Counted from the stretch's first letter, positions 38,975 through 49,784 are shown. The stretch: DNA of 64,000 nucleotides from Bacteroidota bacterium (GCA_003164895.1 PLUL01000055.1:2989-66988), one strand, 5' to 3'. The notes: generated by a model not told the origin, from the letters alone. Made by a program: numbers and translations.

Positions 38975-40197
38975 AAATAGTTACAGCTCTTATTTTTTAT
39001 TTCTTACTTCTTACTTCCGTTTTTTCTCAACAGATCAGTATTCCAAATCTTCAACAGCATATTAAATTTCTTGCCAGCGATTCATTGAAAGGTCGGGGCA
39101 CCGGATCGCCTGAAGAATTGATTGCCGCAAATTATATCGCGAACAATTTCAAAAAATTAAATCTGGAGCCGAAAGGAAATAACAACAGTTATTTTTATAA
39201 TTATCAATTCAAGAAACCGAAATCTCCTCATGATACGATTGGTGGTGAAACTATTTCTGCGCGCGATGTAGTTGCGTATCTCGATAACAAGGCGGATTAC
39301 ACCGTTATCATCGGAGCGCATTTTGATCATCTTGGAATGGGAATGGATCATAATTCACTGGATGCAAATCCCGAAGGAAAAATTCACAACGGCGCCGATG
39401 ATAATGCTTCAGGAACTGCCGGAGTATTAGAACTTGCAAGATACTTTTCACAAAATAACCTCAAAGAGAAATTTAATTTTCTTTTCATTTGTTTTTCGGG
39501 TGAAGAACTCGGATTGTACGGTTCAAAAAAATTCTGCGAAAATCCAACAGTTGATTTTTCAAAAGTGAATTACATGATCAATATGGATATGATCGGGCGA
39601 CTGGCGGATTCGACAAATAAAATAATTGTCTATGGCGTTGGAACTTCTGCCGACTGGGTTCCTCTGCTGGATAAAACAAATTCCGGTTTCAAGATCAAGA
39701 AAGACAGTTCAGGAATTGGTCCAAGCGACCAAACTTCTTTCTATCTGAAAAATATTCCTGTGCTGCACTTTTTTACCGGGCAGCATTCCGATTATCACAA
39801 GCCAAGCGATGATTGGGAAAAAATAAATTTCAAAGGAGAAGAAAAGGTTTTGGAATACATCATCAAAGTGATCGAAGAAACCGAATCGCTTCCAAAAATG
39901 AAATTCCTCACGACAAAAAACACCGAAGAAGGCAAATCATCTTTCAAAGTTACACTTGGAATTATGCCCGATTACACGTTTGAAGGAAAAGGATTGCGTG
40001 TGGATGGAGTTACAAAAGGAAAACCTGCCGATGCAGCAGGTCTTTTGCAGGGAGATCTAATTATTCAATTGGGAGAAATAAAAATAAATGATATAAACGA
40101 TTACATGAAAGCACTCTCAAAATTCAATAAGGGTGAATCAACCGGTGTGATAATTTCCCGTGCCGGAAAAGAAATGAAAATGAAAGTAACTTTCTGA
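38971..40197 (+). CDS. M28-family aminopeptidase with C-terminal PDZ domain
   Basis: '[12 protein letters not shown]', 'GAHFDHLG', 'GADDNASG', 'GEELGL.GS', 'NMDMIG', 'YHKPSD', PDZ 'LGIMPD'. Confidence 0.92.
   Translation: MKIVTALIFYFLLLTSVFSQQISIPNLQQHIKFLASDSLKGRGTGSPEELIAANYIANNFKKLNLEPKGNNNSYFYNYQFKKPKSPHDTIGGETISARDVVAYLDNKADYTVIIGAHFDHLGMGMDHNSLDANPEGKIHNGADDNASGTAGVLELARYFSQNNLKEKFNFLFICFSGEELGLYGSKKFCENPTVDFSKVNYMINMDMIGRLADSTNKIIVYGVGTSADWVPLLDKTNSGFKIKKDSSGIGPSDQTSFYLKNIPVLHFFTGQHSDYHKPSDDWEKINFKGEEKVLEYIIKVIEETESLPKMKFLTTKNTEEGKSSFKVTLGIMPDYTFEGKGLRVDGVTKGKPADAAGLLQGDLIIQLGEIKINDINDYMKALSKFNKGESTGVIISRAGKEMKMKVTF
38987..39018 (+). repeat. Degenerate 7-nt array (TTCTTAC)n in the peptidase signal peptide
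   Basis: ctcttat tttttat ttcttac ttcttac ttcc; encodes [10 protein letters not shown]. Confidence 0.55.
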
Positions 40198-41540
40198 TGG
40201 GTAAAATTCTCATTACAAATGCAAACATTGTCAACGAAGGAAAAGTTTTTCTTGGCAGCGTTTTAATTGATGGGGAATTTATTTCGAAAATATTTATTGG
40301 CGAAGCTCAAAATGCTTTTGCTGAAAAAGTTATTGACGCTCAAGGAAAATATTTATTGCCCGGAATTATTGACGACCAGGTTCATTTCCGCGAGCCGGGA
40401 CTTACACACAAAGCAGAAATTTATACCGAAGCAAAAGCGGCGGCGGCAGGTGGCGTTACTTCTTTCATGGATATGCCCAACACTGTTCCAAACACACTCA
40501 CGCAAAAATTGTTGGAAGAAAAATATCAGCGTGCCTCAGAAGTTTCTCTGGCAAATTATTCCTTTTTTATGGGAGCTTCCAACGAAAATATTGATGAAGT
40601 GCTGAAAACTAATCCCAAAAATGTTTGCGGAATAAAAATGTTCATGGGTTCTTCTACCGGAAATATGCTGGTGGATAATCGAACAACGCTTGAAAATATT
40701 TTTTCAAAATGCAAAATGCTGATTGCCACTCACTGCGAAGACGAAGCAACCGTCCGAGAAAACATGGAAAAGTTCAAAGCCAAGTACGGAGAAAACATAC
40801 CTATTGAATGTCATCCGTTAATTCGCAGCGAAGAAGCATGTTATAAATCTTCTTCACTTGCGGTAGAATTGGCAAAAAAATATAATTCAAGATTACATAT
40901 TCTTCATATTTCCACAGCGAAAGAATTAGAGTTGTTCAACAATAAAATTCCACTGAAAGAAAAAAGAATTACTGCTGAAGTTTGCGTGCATCATCTTTGG
41001 TTTTCGGATGAGGATTACAAAACAAAAGGCAATTTCATAAAATGGAATCCTGCCATCAAAACAAAGAACGATCGCGATGCTTTGCTGAAAGGAGTTCTGG
41101 AAAATAAAATTGACGTTATCTGCACCGATCATGCTCCGCACACATTGGAAGAAAAAAAACAATCTTATTTCAAAGCTCCGTCAGGCGGACCGCTTATTCA
41201 GCATTCTTTGGTTGCAATGCTGGAGCTTATTCATGAAAAGAAAATTACTATTGAAAAAGTTGTGGAGAAAATGAGCCACGCGCTGGCAGATTGTTTTCAA
41301 ATTGAAAAGCGCGGCTACATACGCGAAGGATATTTTGCTGATTTAGTTTTAGTGGATTTGAATTCTCCTTGGACGGTTGAAAAAAATAATATTCTTTCAA
41401 AATGCGGATGGTCACCATTTGAGGGGCAAACTTTTCATTCCAATGTCTCGCATACTTTTGTGAATGGTCACCTTGTTTATGAAAATGGCAAGTTTGATGA
41501 ATCTGTGAAAGGGAAACGATTATTGTTCAACAGAAACTAA
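40197..41540 (+). CDS. pyrC: Dihydroorotase
   Basis: '[14 protein letters not shown]', 'DMPNT', 'KWNPAIK', 'TDHAPH', 'KCGWSPFEG'. Confidence 0.93.
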   Translation: MGKILITNANIVNEGKVFLGSVLIDGEFISKIFIGEAQNAFAEKVIDAQGKYLLPGIIDDQVHFREPGLTHKAEIYTEAKAAAAGGVTSFMDMPNTVPNTLTQKLLEEKYQRASEVSLANYSFFMGASNENIDEVLKTNPKNVCGIKMFMGSSTGNMLVDNRTTLENIFSKCKMLIATHCEDEATVRENMEKFKAKYGENIPIECHPLIRSEEACYKSSSLAVELAKKYNSRLHILHISTAKELELFNNKIPLKEKRITAEVCVHHLWFSDEDYKTKGNFIKWNPAIKTKNDRDALLKGVLENKIDVICTDHAPHTLEEKKQSYFKAPSGGPLIQHSLVAMLELIHEKKITIEKVVEKMSHALADCFQIEKRGYIREGYFADLVLVDLNSPWTVEKNNILSKCGWSPFEGQTFHSNVSHTFVNGHLVYENGKFDESVKGKRLLFNRN

Positions 41541-41543
41541 ACT

Positions 41544-42413
41544 ATGCAGGCACTCGGATTTTATTTCGCTCTTCCTTTTATTTATTTTATTTCCATACTT
41601 CCATTTCCAGTTTTGTATCTGTTCTCTGATTTTATTTTCATTCTTATATATTATGTATTTGGCTACCGCAGAAAAGTGGTAACCGAAAATCTTCGCAACT
41701 CGTTTCCCGAAAAATCAGAAAAAGAAATTTCTGAATTAGAAAAAGGGTTTTACAGCTATCTCTGCGATCTGCTGTTGGAAACTTTCAAAACACTCAGCAT
41801 CAGCAAAGCATCCATGCTTAAACATTGCAGCATGAATGAAAATTCTAAAAAACTTTTTCAGAATTATGCTGACGAAAGAAAAAGTATCATTCTTGTCCTC
41901 GGACATTTGGGAAACTGGGAATGGGGCGGAAATTCGTTCAGCATTGAGTGCAAACAACAGCTTTACGTGCTTTATCATCCGCTGGAAAATAAATATTTTA
42001 ATAAATTAATTATCAAAATGCGAACGCGGTTCGGCACAAAACTGATTGCAATGAAAAATACGTTCCGCGATATGGTTGCAAACAAAAATGAGATCAACGC
42101 CACAGCATTTATTGCCGACCAAACTCCTCCGCCTGAAAATGCCTACTGGACAAAATTTTTGAATCAGGATACTCCGGTTTATCAGGGTACGGAAAAAATC
42201 GCACGCAAATTAAATTATCCTGTTGTGTTTGTAAATGTTCAGCGCATCAGTCGGAGAAAATATGAACTGATTGCCGAAACGCTTTGTGAAAATCCTTCAT
42301 CAACTTCTGATGGAGAAATCACTGAACTTCATACAAAAAAATTAGAAAAAGAAATTCATAAGAATCCAGAAACTTGGCTGTGGTCGCACAGACGATGGAA
42401 GCACAAACGCTGA
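41544..42413 (+). CDS. Lipid A/lysophospholipid acyltransferase (LpxL/HtrB family)
   Basis: 'NL..SFPE', 'GHLGNWE', 'R.RFG', 'IADQTP', 'WLWSHRRWK'. Confidence 0.9.
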   Translation: MQALGFYFALPFIYFISILPFPVLYLFSDFIFILIYYVFGYRRKVVTENLRNSFPEKSEKEISELEKGFYSYLCDLLLETFKTLSISKASMLKHCSMNENSKKLFQNYADERKSIILVLGHLGNWEWGGNSFSIECKQQLYVLYHPLENKYFNKLIIKMRTRFGTKLIAMKNTFRDMVANKNEINATAFIADQTPPPENAYWTKFLNQDTPVYQGTEKIARKLNYPVVFVNVQRISRRKYELIAETLCENPSSTSDGEITELHTKKLEKEIHKNPETWLWSHRRWKHKR

Positions 42414-42468
42414 TTCTCATCATTTTATAATTCAAGAAAAATTTTATCTTTGTCGACATTTCATTCTT

Positions 42469-43443
42469 ATGAGAACCGGAAAAGATTTAATTCTTGCCAC
42501 AAAACCATTTGCATCTGAAATAAGATGGAAGAGTTGGTATTACACACTTTCCACCTTATTGATTTTGATCTTATGTAATGTAGGAACGTTTTTACATATC
42601 CCAATTGCTGCGAGAGTTTTTTCGAGCATCATGAGCGGTCTCGTTATTTCCAGAATGTTTGTCATCTACCATGATTATGCGCATCATTCCATTCTGTATA
42701 AATCCATTCCGGCAAAAATTATTTTTTCAATCTTTGGATTGTATATGCTGGCACCTACGAGCATCTGGAAACGTTCGCACGATTACCATCACAATAACAA
42801 TTCAAAACTTTTCAGCGCAAGCATTGGCTCTTATCCGATTTTTTCCAAACAAAAATTTTTAACTGCCAGCAAAAGTGAGCGTAGGGAATATTTGGCGGTG
42901 AGGCATCCGTTAAATATGATCTTTGGTTATTTTACGCTGTTCAGTTTTGGAATGTGTATCCTATCTTTTCTTGCAAGTCCCCGAAAGCATTACGATTCGC
43001 TCATCGCGCTTATACTTCATCTGATTTTTATTGTTGCGGTAATTTATTTTTTCGGTTGGATAACCTGGATACTTGCGATACTTATTCCTTTTTCAATTGC
43101 TTGCGGATTTGGCGCGTATCTTTTTTATGCTCAGCATAATTTTCCCGGAGTTTCTTTCAGAAATAATATAGAATGGAGTTATGATCATGCTGCGTTGGAA
43201 TCATCGAGCTACATGAAGATGAATTTTTTCTGGCAATGGGTTACAGCGAACATCGGCTTCCATCATATTCATCATTTGAATTCCAAGATTCCTTTTTATC
43301 GCTTGCCCGAAGCAATGAAAGCAGTTCCTGAACTTCAAAATCCAAAAATTACTACTCTCAATCCATCAGATATAATTAAATGTCTTCGTCTAAAAATATG
43401 GGATGCAGATAAGAATCAGATGGTTCCGCTAAGTGCAATTTAA
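42469..43443 (+). CDS. Membrane fatty acid desaturase
   Basis: Three His boxes: HDYAH, HDYHH, HHIHH. Confidence 0.92.
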   Translation: MRTGKDLILATKPFASEIRWKSWYYTLSTLLILILCNVGTFLHIPIAARVFSSIMSGLVISRMFVIYHDYAHHSILYKSIPAKIIFSIFGLYMLAPTSIWKRSHDYHHNNNSKLFSASIGSYPIFSKQKFLTASKSERREYLAVRHPLNMIFGYFTLFSFGMCILSFLASPRKHYDSLIALILHLIFIVAVIYFFGWITWILAILIPFSIACGFGAYLFYAQHNFPGVSFRNNIEWSYDHAALESSSYMKMNFFWQWVTANIGFHHIHHLNSKIPFYRLPEAMKAVPELQNPKITTLNPSDIIKCLRLKIWDADKNQMVPLSAI

Positions 43444-43501
43444 AATCAGCAGACAAGTTTTTTCTTTTCGTAAATTTGCTTTTATTCCAAATCCATATTT
43501 C

Positions 43502-45397
43502 ATGAATCGAATTACATCCTTCGAGCAATATCTTTCCGAATACAAAAAAAGTGTAGAAAATCCTGAACAATTTTGGTCTAAACAAGCCGAAGAATTTGTC
43601 TGGAAAAAAAAATGGGATAAAGTTCTTGATTGGAATTTTACAGAACCGAATGTGAAATGGTTTATCGGTGGAAAATTAAATATCACCGAAAATTGTTTGG
43701 ACCGCCATCTTGCCGAACGAGGAAATCAAACCGCAATTATTTGGGAGCCGAACAATCCAAATGAAACAGGCAGAAAAATTTCTTACAAAGAATTACATTC
43801 TGAAGTTTGCCGTTTTGCAAATGTTTTGAAAAATAACGGAGCAAAAAAAGGCGACCGCATTTGTATTTACATGCCGATGGTGCCCGAACTTGCCATTGCA
43901 GTTTTGGCTTGCGCAAGAATCGGTGCCATTCATTCTGTTGTGTTCGGAGGATTTTCTTTTCAATCTCTTGCAGATAGAATTCACGATGCCGATTGCAGCA
44001 TTGTAATTACTGCCGATGGCGCTTTTCGCGGAGCAAAAGATATTCCGCTAAAATCTGTAATCGATGAAGCACTTCAAACTTGTACTTCGGTAAAAAAAGT
44101 AATTGTTCTAAAGAGAACAAATACAGAAATAAAAATGCAAAACTCAAGAGATGTTTGGTGGCAGGAAGAGATTAAAAAAGTTTCCGCTGATTTTCCTGCT
44201 GAAGAAATGGATTCGGAAGATATGTTATTTATTCTCTACACTTCCGGCTCCACCGGAAAACCAAAAGGAGTGGTTCACACAACTGCCGGATACATGGTTT
44301 ATGTTGATTACACTTTCAGAAATGTTTTTCAATATAATAAAAGAGAAGTTTTTTGGTGCACTGCCGATGTTGGTTGGATAACAGGTCACAGCTATTTGAT
44401 CTATGGTCCGCTTCTTGCCGGTGCAACCACTTTAATGTTTGAAGGCATTCCAACTTTTCCCGATGCAGGAAGATTCTGGCAAGTGATTGATAAATACAAG
44501 GTGAATATTTTTTACACCGCGCCCACGGCAATTCGCTCGCTCGAAGCAGTTGGATTGGATTTTGTTAAGCCGTATAAATTAGATTCGCTTCGTGTGCTCG
44601 GAACAGTTGGCGAACCGATCAATGAAGTGGCATGGAACTGGTACAACGAAAATATCGGAAAGGAAAAATGTCCCATCGTTGACACTTGGTGGCAAACCGA
44701 AACAGGCGGAATTATGATTTCTCCCCTGGCAGGAATTACAAAAACAAAACCGAGTTTTGCAACGCTTCCGCTTCCCGGCATTCAACCTGTTTTGCTCGAC
44801 GAAAGCGGAAAAGAACTTTTAGGAAACAATGTTGAAGGAAGATTGTGCATGAAATTTCCTTGGCCCGGAATGATTCGAACCACTTACAAAAACCATCAGC
44901 GTTGTTTCGATTCTTATTTTTCTCACTACCATGGTTATTATTTTACAGGCGATGGATGCAAGCGTGATGAAAACGGATATTATCGAATCACAGGACGAGT
45001 GGATGATGTGATAAAAGTTTCAGGTCATTTGCTCGGCACTGCCGAAATTGAAAATGCCATTAACCAACATCCTGATATTGTTGAATCGGCAGTCGTTGGA
45101 TTTCCTCACGAGATAAAAGGATGGGGCATTTATGCTTTTGCCATTGATGACCACGGCAGAAAAGATACGGATGAATTGAAAAAAGAAATTATTGCCACTG
45201 TAACTAAATTTATGGGAGCCATTGCAAAACCAGATAAAATTCAAATTGTGAAAGGACTGCCGAAAACCCGTTCTGGAAAAATCATGAGAAGAATTTTACG
45301 CAAAATTGCCGAAGGTGATTTTTCAAATCTCGGAGATATATCAACGCTGCTTGATCCGAATGTGGTGGAAGAAATTAAAACCGGAAGAATAAATTAA
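43502..45397 (+). CDS. acs: Acetyl-CoA synthetase (AMP-forming)
   Basis: 'YTSGSTGKPKG', 'DTWWQTETG', 'GRVDDV', 'PKTRSGKIMRRILRK'. Start MNRITSF at 43502. Confidence 0.96.
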   Translation: MNRITSFEQYLSEYKKSVENPEQFWSKQAEEFVWKKKWDKVLDWNFTEPNVKWFIGGKLNITENCLDRHLAERGNQTAIIWEPNNPNETGRKISYKELHSEVCRFANVLKNNGAKKGDRICIYMPMVPELAIAVLACARIGAIHSVVFGGFSFQSLADRIHDADCSIVITADGAFRGAKDIPLKSVIDEALQTCTSVKKVIVLKRTNTEIKMQNSRDVWWQEEIKKVSADFPAEEMDSEDMLFILYTSGSTGKPKGVVHTTAGYMVYVDYTFRNVFQYNKREVFWCTADVGWITGHSYLIYGPLLAGATTLMFEGIPTFPDAGRFWQVIDKYKVNIFYTAPTAIRSLEAVGLDFVKPYKLDSLRVLGTVGEPINEVAWNWYNENIGKEKCPIVDTWWQTETGGIMISPLAGITKTKPSFATLPLPGIQPVLLDESGKELLGNNVEGRLCMKFPWPGMIRTTYKNHQRCFDSYFSHYHGYYFTGDGCKRDENGYYRITGRVDDVIKVSGHLLGTAEIENAINQHPDIVESAVVGFPHEIKGWGIYAFAIDDHGRKDTDELKKEIIATVTKFMGAIAKPDKIQIVKGLPKTRSGKIMRRILRKIAEGDFSNLGDISTLLDPNVVEEIKTGRIN

Positions 45398-45399
45398 TT

Positions 45400-46671
45400 T
45401 TAGTAATTCCCCTTAAATAATTCAAACGCACTTTTTTCTAATGTTTCGCGATGCGAAGGATGCGCTATCTTGATTAATTCTTTTGCTCGCTTCTTCAAAT
45501 TCTGTCCGTACAAATTTGCAACTCCATATTCAGTAACAATATAATGAACATGCGATCTGGTGGTTACAACTCCGGCACCTTGTTTTAAAAACGGAACTAT
45601 TTTTGAAACGCCTTTTTTTGTTATGGAAGGCAACGCAATTATTGGTTTTCCACCTTCCGACAGCGAAGCACCTCTAATAAAATCCATTTGACCGCCTACG
45701 CCCGAATATAAATTACTTCCTATCGAATCGGCACATACTTGTCCGGTAAGATCAATTTCAATAGCACTGTTGATAGCAACTACTTTTGGATTTTTTTTGA
45801 TGATGTGCGTATCGTTGACAAAACTACTATCCATCATAACCACCAAGGGATTATCATCTATAAAATCGTAAAGTTTTCGGCTTCCCATAACAAACGAGGA
45901 AACTATTTCGCCCGCAAAATGGTTTTTGAATTTTCCCGTTATCACACCTTTTTCAACCAGCGGAATCAAACCATCAGAAAACATTTCGGTATGTATTCCC
46001 AAATCCTTGTGATTATTTAATAGTGTAAGCACCGCATTGGGAATGGCACCAATTCCCAGTTGCAATGTAGATCCATCTTCAATCAATTCAGCAATAAAGC
46101 GACCAATTTCTTTTTCTTCTGGAGTATTTATGTGGTCCGCTGTTTCCGGGATCGGCTCGTCGAATTCAACCACATGATGAATTTTACTAATATGAATTAA
46201 TCCATCTCCGAGCGTTCGCGGCATGAATTTATTGACTTGAGCTATTACTGTTTTAGCCGTTTCCAACGCAGCTAATGAAATATCTACCGAAGTGCCGAGG
46301 GAACAATATCCGTGTTTGTCGGGAGGAGAAACTGAAAGAAGTGCAACATCAAGCTGAATTGTTTTTTTTCTGAACAGCGCTGGGATTTCGCTGACAAAAA
46401 TCGGAATATAATTTGCGCGACCACTCTGAACCGCTTCTCTCAAATTCTGTCCGACAAAAAAAACATTCGGAGTAAAACTTTTTGCATACTCGCTTTTTGC
46501 ATATTCCGCTTTTCCCTCCGTATGCATGTGAAATATCTGAACATTCTTTAGTTCGTCCGCTCTTTTCACCAACGCTCGGATTAGTTCCTGAGGTGCAGCT
46601 ACAACACTATGAATAAAAATTTTGTCTTCGGATTTTACCGTTTTTAATGCTTCGTCAGATGATTGTTTCAT
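45400..46671 (-). CDS. Acetyl-CoA hydrolase/CoA-transferase family protein
   Basis: 'SPPDKHGYCSLG', 'LQLGIGAIPN', 'HTEMFSDG', 'SGVGGQMDF', 'VTEYG', 'IAHP.HR'. Confidence 0.93.
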   Translation of the reverse strand: MKQSSDEALKTVKSEDKIFIHSVVAAPQELIRALVKRADELKNVQIFHMHTEGKAEYAKSEYAKSFTPNVFFVGQNLREAVQSGRANYIPIFVSEIPALFRKKTIQLDVALLSVSPPDKHGYCSLGTSVDISLAALETAKTVIAQVNKFMPRTLGDGLIHISKIHHVVEFDEPIPETADHINTPEEKEIGRFIAELIEDGSTLQLGIGAIPNAVLTLLNNHKDLGIHTEMFSDGLIPLVEKGVITGKFKNHFAGEIVSSFVMGSRKLYDFIDDNPLVVMMDSSFVNDTHIIKKNPKVVAINSAIEIDLTGQVCADSIGSNLYSGVGGQMDFIRGASLSEGGKPIIALPSITKKGVSKIVPFLKQGAGVVTTRSHVHYIVTEYGVANLYGQNLKKRAKELIKIAHPSHRETLEKSAFELFKGNY

Positions 46672-46929
46672 ATAAAATTATTGCGGACAAATTTATTAAA
46701 GAATCAGATGTACGCTTTACGGTTTCAAGAAAGAAAGAATCTGATTTTTTGGGAATGAACTAAATGAAGGGAAAGTTTGTTTTGGGGTGTCAAAAACACA
46801 TTTTAACAGTTAAAAAGTAAATTCAGTTCAATTATAGCAAAAATCAATCAAAATCGCCCAACATTGAATACTATGACACCCGTCAGGATATTAAATCCCG
46901 ATTATTTTTCGGGGATTCAAAATACTTAT

Positions 46930-46983
46930 TATCTTCGCAACCCTTTTGTAAAAAGGTAATAAACCACAAAAGACAATCACAAC
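46930..46983 (+). promoter_or_regulatory. rplM promoter (-7 TATCTTCG) and short 5' leader with hairpin
   Basis: TATCTTCG at 46930-46937; cctttt-gta-aaaagg hairpin at 46942-46956. Confidence 0.55.
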
Positions 46984-47451
46984 ATGGACACACGCAGTTA
47001 CACAACAAAAGTCAGCTTTGCCAAGGAAGAAAAATCTTGGCTTTTGGTTGACGCAGAAAATGAAGTTCTCGGACGCCTTGCATCTAAAGTTGCATATCTT
47101 CTCAGAGGAAAACACAAACCAACATTTACTCCGCATCTTGATATGGGAGATAATGTAATTGTGATAAATGCTGAGAAAGTTCGTCTTACTGGAAAAAAAA
47201 TGACAGACAAAGTTTACGTTCGTCATACCGGTTATCCAGGTGGTCAACGTTACGGAACTCCAAAAACATTTCTTCAGAGCAAACCTACATTTGTAGTTGA
47301 ACGTGCTGTAAAGAAAATGCTTCCTACTACTCGTCTTGGCGAGGCGATTTTTAAAAATCTTCATGTAGTTGTCGGCAACAAACATGAACATGAAGCGCAA
47401 CAGCCCAAGGCGGTAAACCTGAAAACTGTTTTAGAAAAAAAATCAAAATAA
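46984..47451 (+). CDS. rplM: 50S ribosomal protein L13
   Basis: 'W.LVDA...LGRLAS', 'GKHKP.FTPH.D.GD', 'HTGYPGG', 'MLP'. Confidence 0.98.
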   Translation: MDTRSYTTKVSFAKEEKSWLLVDAENEVLGRLASKVAYLLRGKHKPTFTPHLDMGDNVIVINAEKVRLTGKKMTDKVYVRHTGYPGGQRYGTPKTFLQSKPTFVVERAVKKMLPTTRLGEAIFKNLHVVVGNKHEHEAQQPKAVNLKTVLEKKSK

Positions 47452-47460
47452 ATTAATAAT

Positions 47461-47542
47461 GATTACACAGATGAATTTTAGATTACACAGATTACTTTAT
47501 TGCAAAGCAATCGGTGCAATCGCTTTTTCAATCGGTGTAATC
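47461..47542. repeat. Full inverted element: 2x GATTACACAGAT(T) then 2x AATCGGTGYAATC
   Basis: Units at 47461, 47481, 47509 and 47530 form a nested hairpin between rplM and rpsI. Confidence 0.9.
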
Positions 47543-47555
47543 TAAAAACGAAATC

Positions 47556-47942
47556 ATGGAATTAATTCAAACAGTAGGAAGACGAAAATCATCGGTTGCC
47601 CGCGTTTTGGTAAGAAAGGGAACTGGCAAAATTGTCATTAATAATAAGGAATCAAAACACTATTTCCCGACCATCGTTTTACACGCACGAGTAACGCAAC
47701 CGCTTGTAAAATTAGATTGTCTTACAAAATACGACATCAGTGTGAATGTTCATGGTGGTGGAATCACCGGACAATCCGAAGCTATCCGCCTTGGCATTGC
47801 CCGCGCCATGGTGGAGATTGACCCGGAAACCAAAAAATCATTGCGTGCTGACGGACTCATGACACGCGATTCACGCAAAGTGGAACGTAAAAAACCAGGA
47901 CAGAAAAAAGCACGTAAACGATTCCAGTTCACTAAACGTTAG
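47556..47942 (+). CDS. rpsI: 30S ribosomal protein S9
   Basis: 'GRRKSSVARV', 'GGG.TGQ..AIR.GIARA', 'RD.RKVERKKPG..KARKRFQF.KR'. Confidence 0.98.
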   Translation: MELIQTVGRRKSSVARVLVRKGTGKIVINNKESKHYFPTIVLHARVTQPLVKLDCLTKYDISVNVHGGGITGQSEAIRLGIARAMVEIDPETKKSLRADGLMTRDSRKVERKKPGQKKARKRFQFTKR

Positions 47943-47963
47943 AATTTATTTGTATTAGAAATT

Positions 47964-47990
47964 AAACCTGAAACTTTTAACTTTAAACTC
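47964..47990 (+). repeat. Degenerate 7-nt array (AAACYTK)n between rpsI and rpsB
   Basis: aaacctg aaacttt taacttt aaactc. Confidence 0.65.
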
Positions 47991-47995
47991 ATATA

Positions 47996-48889
47996 ATGTC
48001 ACGCGTAACCTTTGACGAACTTCTGAATGCAGGCGCACACTACGGGCACCTCACACGCAAATGGAATCCTGCAATGGCTCCATACATCTTTGGCGATAAG
48101 AACAGCATTCACATTATTGATCTGAACAAAACATCTGCAAAACTTGAAGATGCTGCTAACGCGCTCAAGAACATTGCGAAGTCAGGAAGAAAAATTTTAT
48201 TTGTTTCCACCAAAAAACAGGTGAAGCACGTAGTTTCTGAAAAAGCAAAAACCATTAATATGCCTTACGTTACGGAACGTTGGCCCGGTGGAATGCTTAC
48301 CAACTTTGTTACCATCCGCAGGTCTATTCGCGAAATGGCAACTATTGACCGCATGCGCACCGATGGAACCATGGATTCTATGTCAAAGAAAGAACGTTTG
48401 ATGATGAGCCGCCACCGCGATAAACTACAAACACTTTTCGGAAGTATTGCTGACCTCACTCGTTTGCCAGCAGCACTTTTTGTAGTGGATGTAAACATTG
48501 AACATATTGCAGTTGCAGAGGCAAAACGTCTTAACATTCCGACATTCGCAATTGTTGATACTAACTCAGATCCTAACGTTGTTGATTTTCCTATTCCTGC
48601 AAATGACGATGCAGCAACTTCTGTTGAACTCATTGTTGGTGTAGTTACAAAAGCAATTGAAGAGGGATTGAATGAAAGAAAAAATGAGCGCGATAAAGAA
48701 GGAACAAAAGACAAAGAAAAATCTGCTGATGAAGTAGTTAGCGAAGAAGAACAATTAGAGCGCGAACAGAATTATTCCAAGAAGATGGCTCTTCTCGCAG
48801 CTGAAGAAGCAATGGCTGCATCGGCTGCAAAAGAAGCAGCGAAGAAAGCAGCCGGAATGAAATCTCCTGTTAAACCGGTTACTAAATAA
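47996..48889 (+). CDS. rpsB: 30S ribosomal protein S2
   Basis: 'LL.AGAH.GH...WNP.M', 'RWPGGMLTN', 'DTNSDP', 'PANDDA'; charged/Ala-rich C-terminal tail. Confidence 0.98.
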   Translation: MSRVTFDELLNAGAHYGHLTRKWNPAMAPYIFGDKNSIHIIDLNKTSAKLEDAANALKNIAKSGRKILFVSTKKQVKHVVSEKAKTINMPYVTERWPGGMLTNFVTIRRSIREMATIDRMRTDGTMDSMSKKERLMMSRHRDKLQTLFGSIADLTRLPAALFVVDVNIEHIAVAEAKRLNIPTFAIVDTNSDPNVVDFPIPANDDAATSVELIVGVVTKAIEEGLNERKNERDKEGTKDKEKSADEVVSEEEQLEREQNYSKKMALLAAEEAMAASAAKEAAKKAAGMKSPVKPVTK

Positions 48890-48896
48890 TATTGAT

Positions 48897-49733
48897 ATGT
48901 CTGCAACAGCAACTATTTCAGCATCCGAAGTAAATCGTCTGCGCCAGATTACCGGAGCAGGAATGATGGATTGTAAAAAAGCGCTTACCGAAGGCGGTGG
49001 AGATTTTGATAAAGCCATTGAAATTCTCCGCAAGAAAGGACAAAAAGTTGCGGCAAGCCGTGCAGAACGCGATGCGAAAGAAGGAATTGTTCTTGCAAAA
49101 ACTTCTGCAGATGGTACAAAAGGAATTTTACTCGCTGTTAACAGCGAAACAGATTTTGTTGCACGCAATGAAGAATTTGCATTATTTGCTGAAACTCTTG
49201 CGAACATTGCTCTTGATAAATTTCCTGCGAACATAGATTCTTTGAAAGCTCTTAATTATTCCGGCTCTCTTTCTATCAAAGATAAACTTACCGAACTGAT
49301 TGGAAAAATAGGAGAGAAGCTTGAAATTTCCAGATATGAAATCCTCAATACCGGAAAAGTTGTTGCATACAATCATCCTGGAAATAAACTCGCAACTATT
49401 GTAGGATATTCAAAAAATATAAATGATGAAGCAGGGAGAAATATTGCGATGCAAGTTGCAGCAATGTCTCCGGTTTCTCTCGATAAAAGCGATGTTCCGC
49501 AGAATATTATTGACAGCGAACTGGAAGTTGGTCGCGAACTTGCACGCAAGGAAAATAAACCTGAAAATATGATCGAAAAAATTGCTCAGGGAAAACTCAA
49601 TAAATTTTATTCTGAATCCACTCTCCTCAATCAGGAATATATCCGTGATGGGAAGAAAACAGTGAGCCAATACCTTGCCGAAGTTGACAAAGACGCAAAG
49701 ATTACCGGTTTTAAAAGAATTGCATTAGGATAA
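48897..49733 (+). CDS. tsf: Elongation factor Ts
   Basis: 'LR..TGAGMMDCKKAL', 'ETDFVARN', 'AMQVAAM.P', 'KI..GKL.KF'. Confidence 0.98.
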   Translation: MSATATISASEVNRLRQITGAGMMDCKKALTEGGGDFDKAIEILRKKGQKVAASRAERDAKEGIVLAKTSADGTKGILLAVNSETDFVARNEEFALFAETLANIALDKFPANIDSLKALNYSGSLSIKDKLTELIGKIGEKLEISRYEILNTGKVVAYNHPGNKLATIVGYSKNINDEAGRNIAMQVAAMSPVSLDKSDVPQNIIDSELEVGRELARKENKPENMIEKIAQGKLNKFYSESTLLNQEYIRDGKKTVSQYLAEVDKDAKITGFKRIALG

Positions 49734-49753
49734 TTTTTAAAAGAAATATTTTT

Positions 49754-49784
49754 AAAATCCCATCTGAATAAGGTGGGATTTTTT
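49754..49784 (+). terminator. Intrinsic terminator of rplM-rpsI-rpsB-tsf
   Basis: aaaatcccatct-gaata-aggtgggatttt followed by a T run. Confidence 0.85.

Noticed and set aside
40194-40199. TGA at the M28 peptidase/pyrC junction as recoding or fusion
   Set aside because: Ordinary TGATG stop-start overlap; both proteins are complete.
43433-43501. N-terminal extension of Acs; similar extensions for AccB, PssA, the M23 peptidase and the SGNH ORF
   Set aside because: The extensions run through -7 promoter boxes; downstream starts fit the family N-termini or promoter positions better.
46894-46917. aatcccga/tcggggatt hairpin upstream of the rplM promoter
   Set aside because: It lies between divergent genes with nothing to terminate, is single-copy, and no function can be supported.
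46891-47400. 169-aa antisense ORF to rplM, and the many other 60-160-aa shadow ORFs
   Set aside because: They lie antisense or out of frame within well-conserved genes and have no motifs.
47461-47542. Possible mini-CRISPR or tRNA
   Set aside because: The units are 12-13 bp and inverted, spacers are under 20 bp, there are no cas genes and no cloverleaf.
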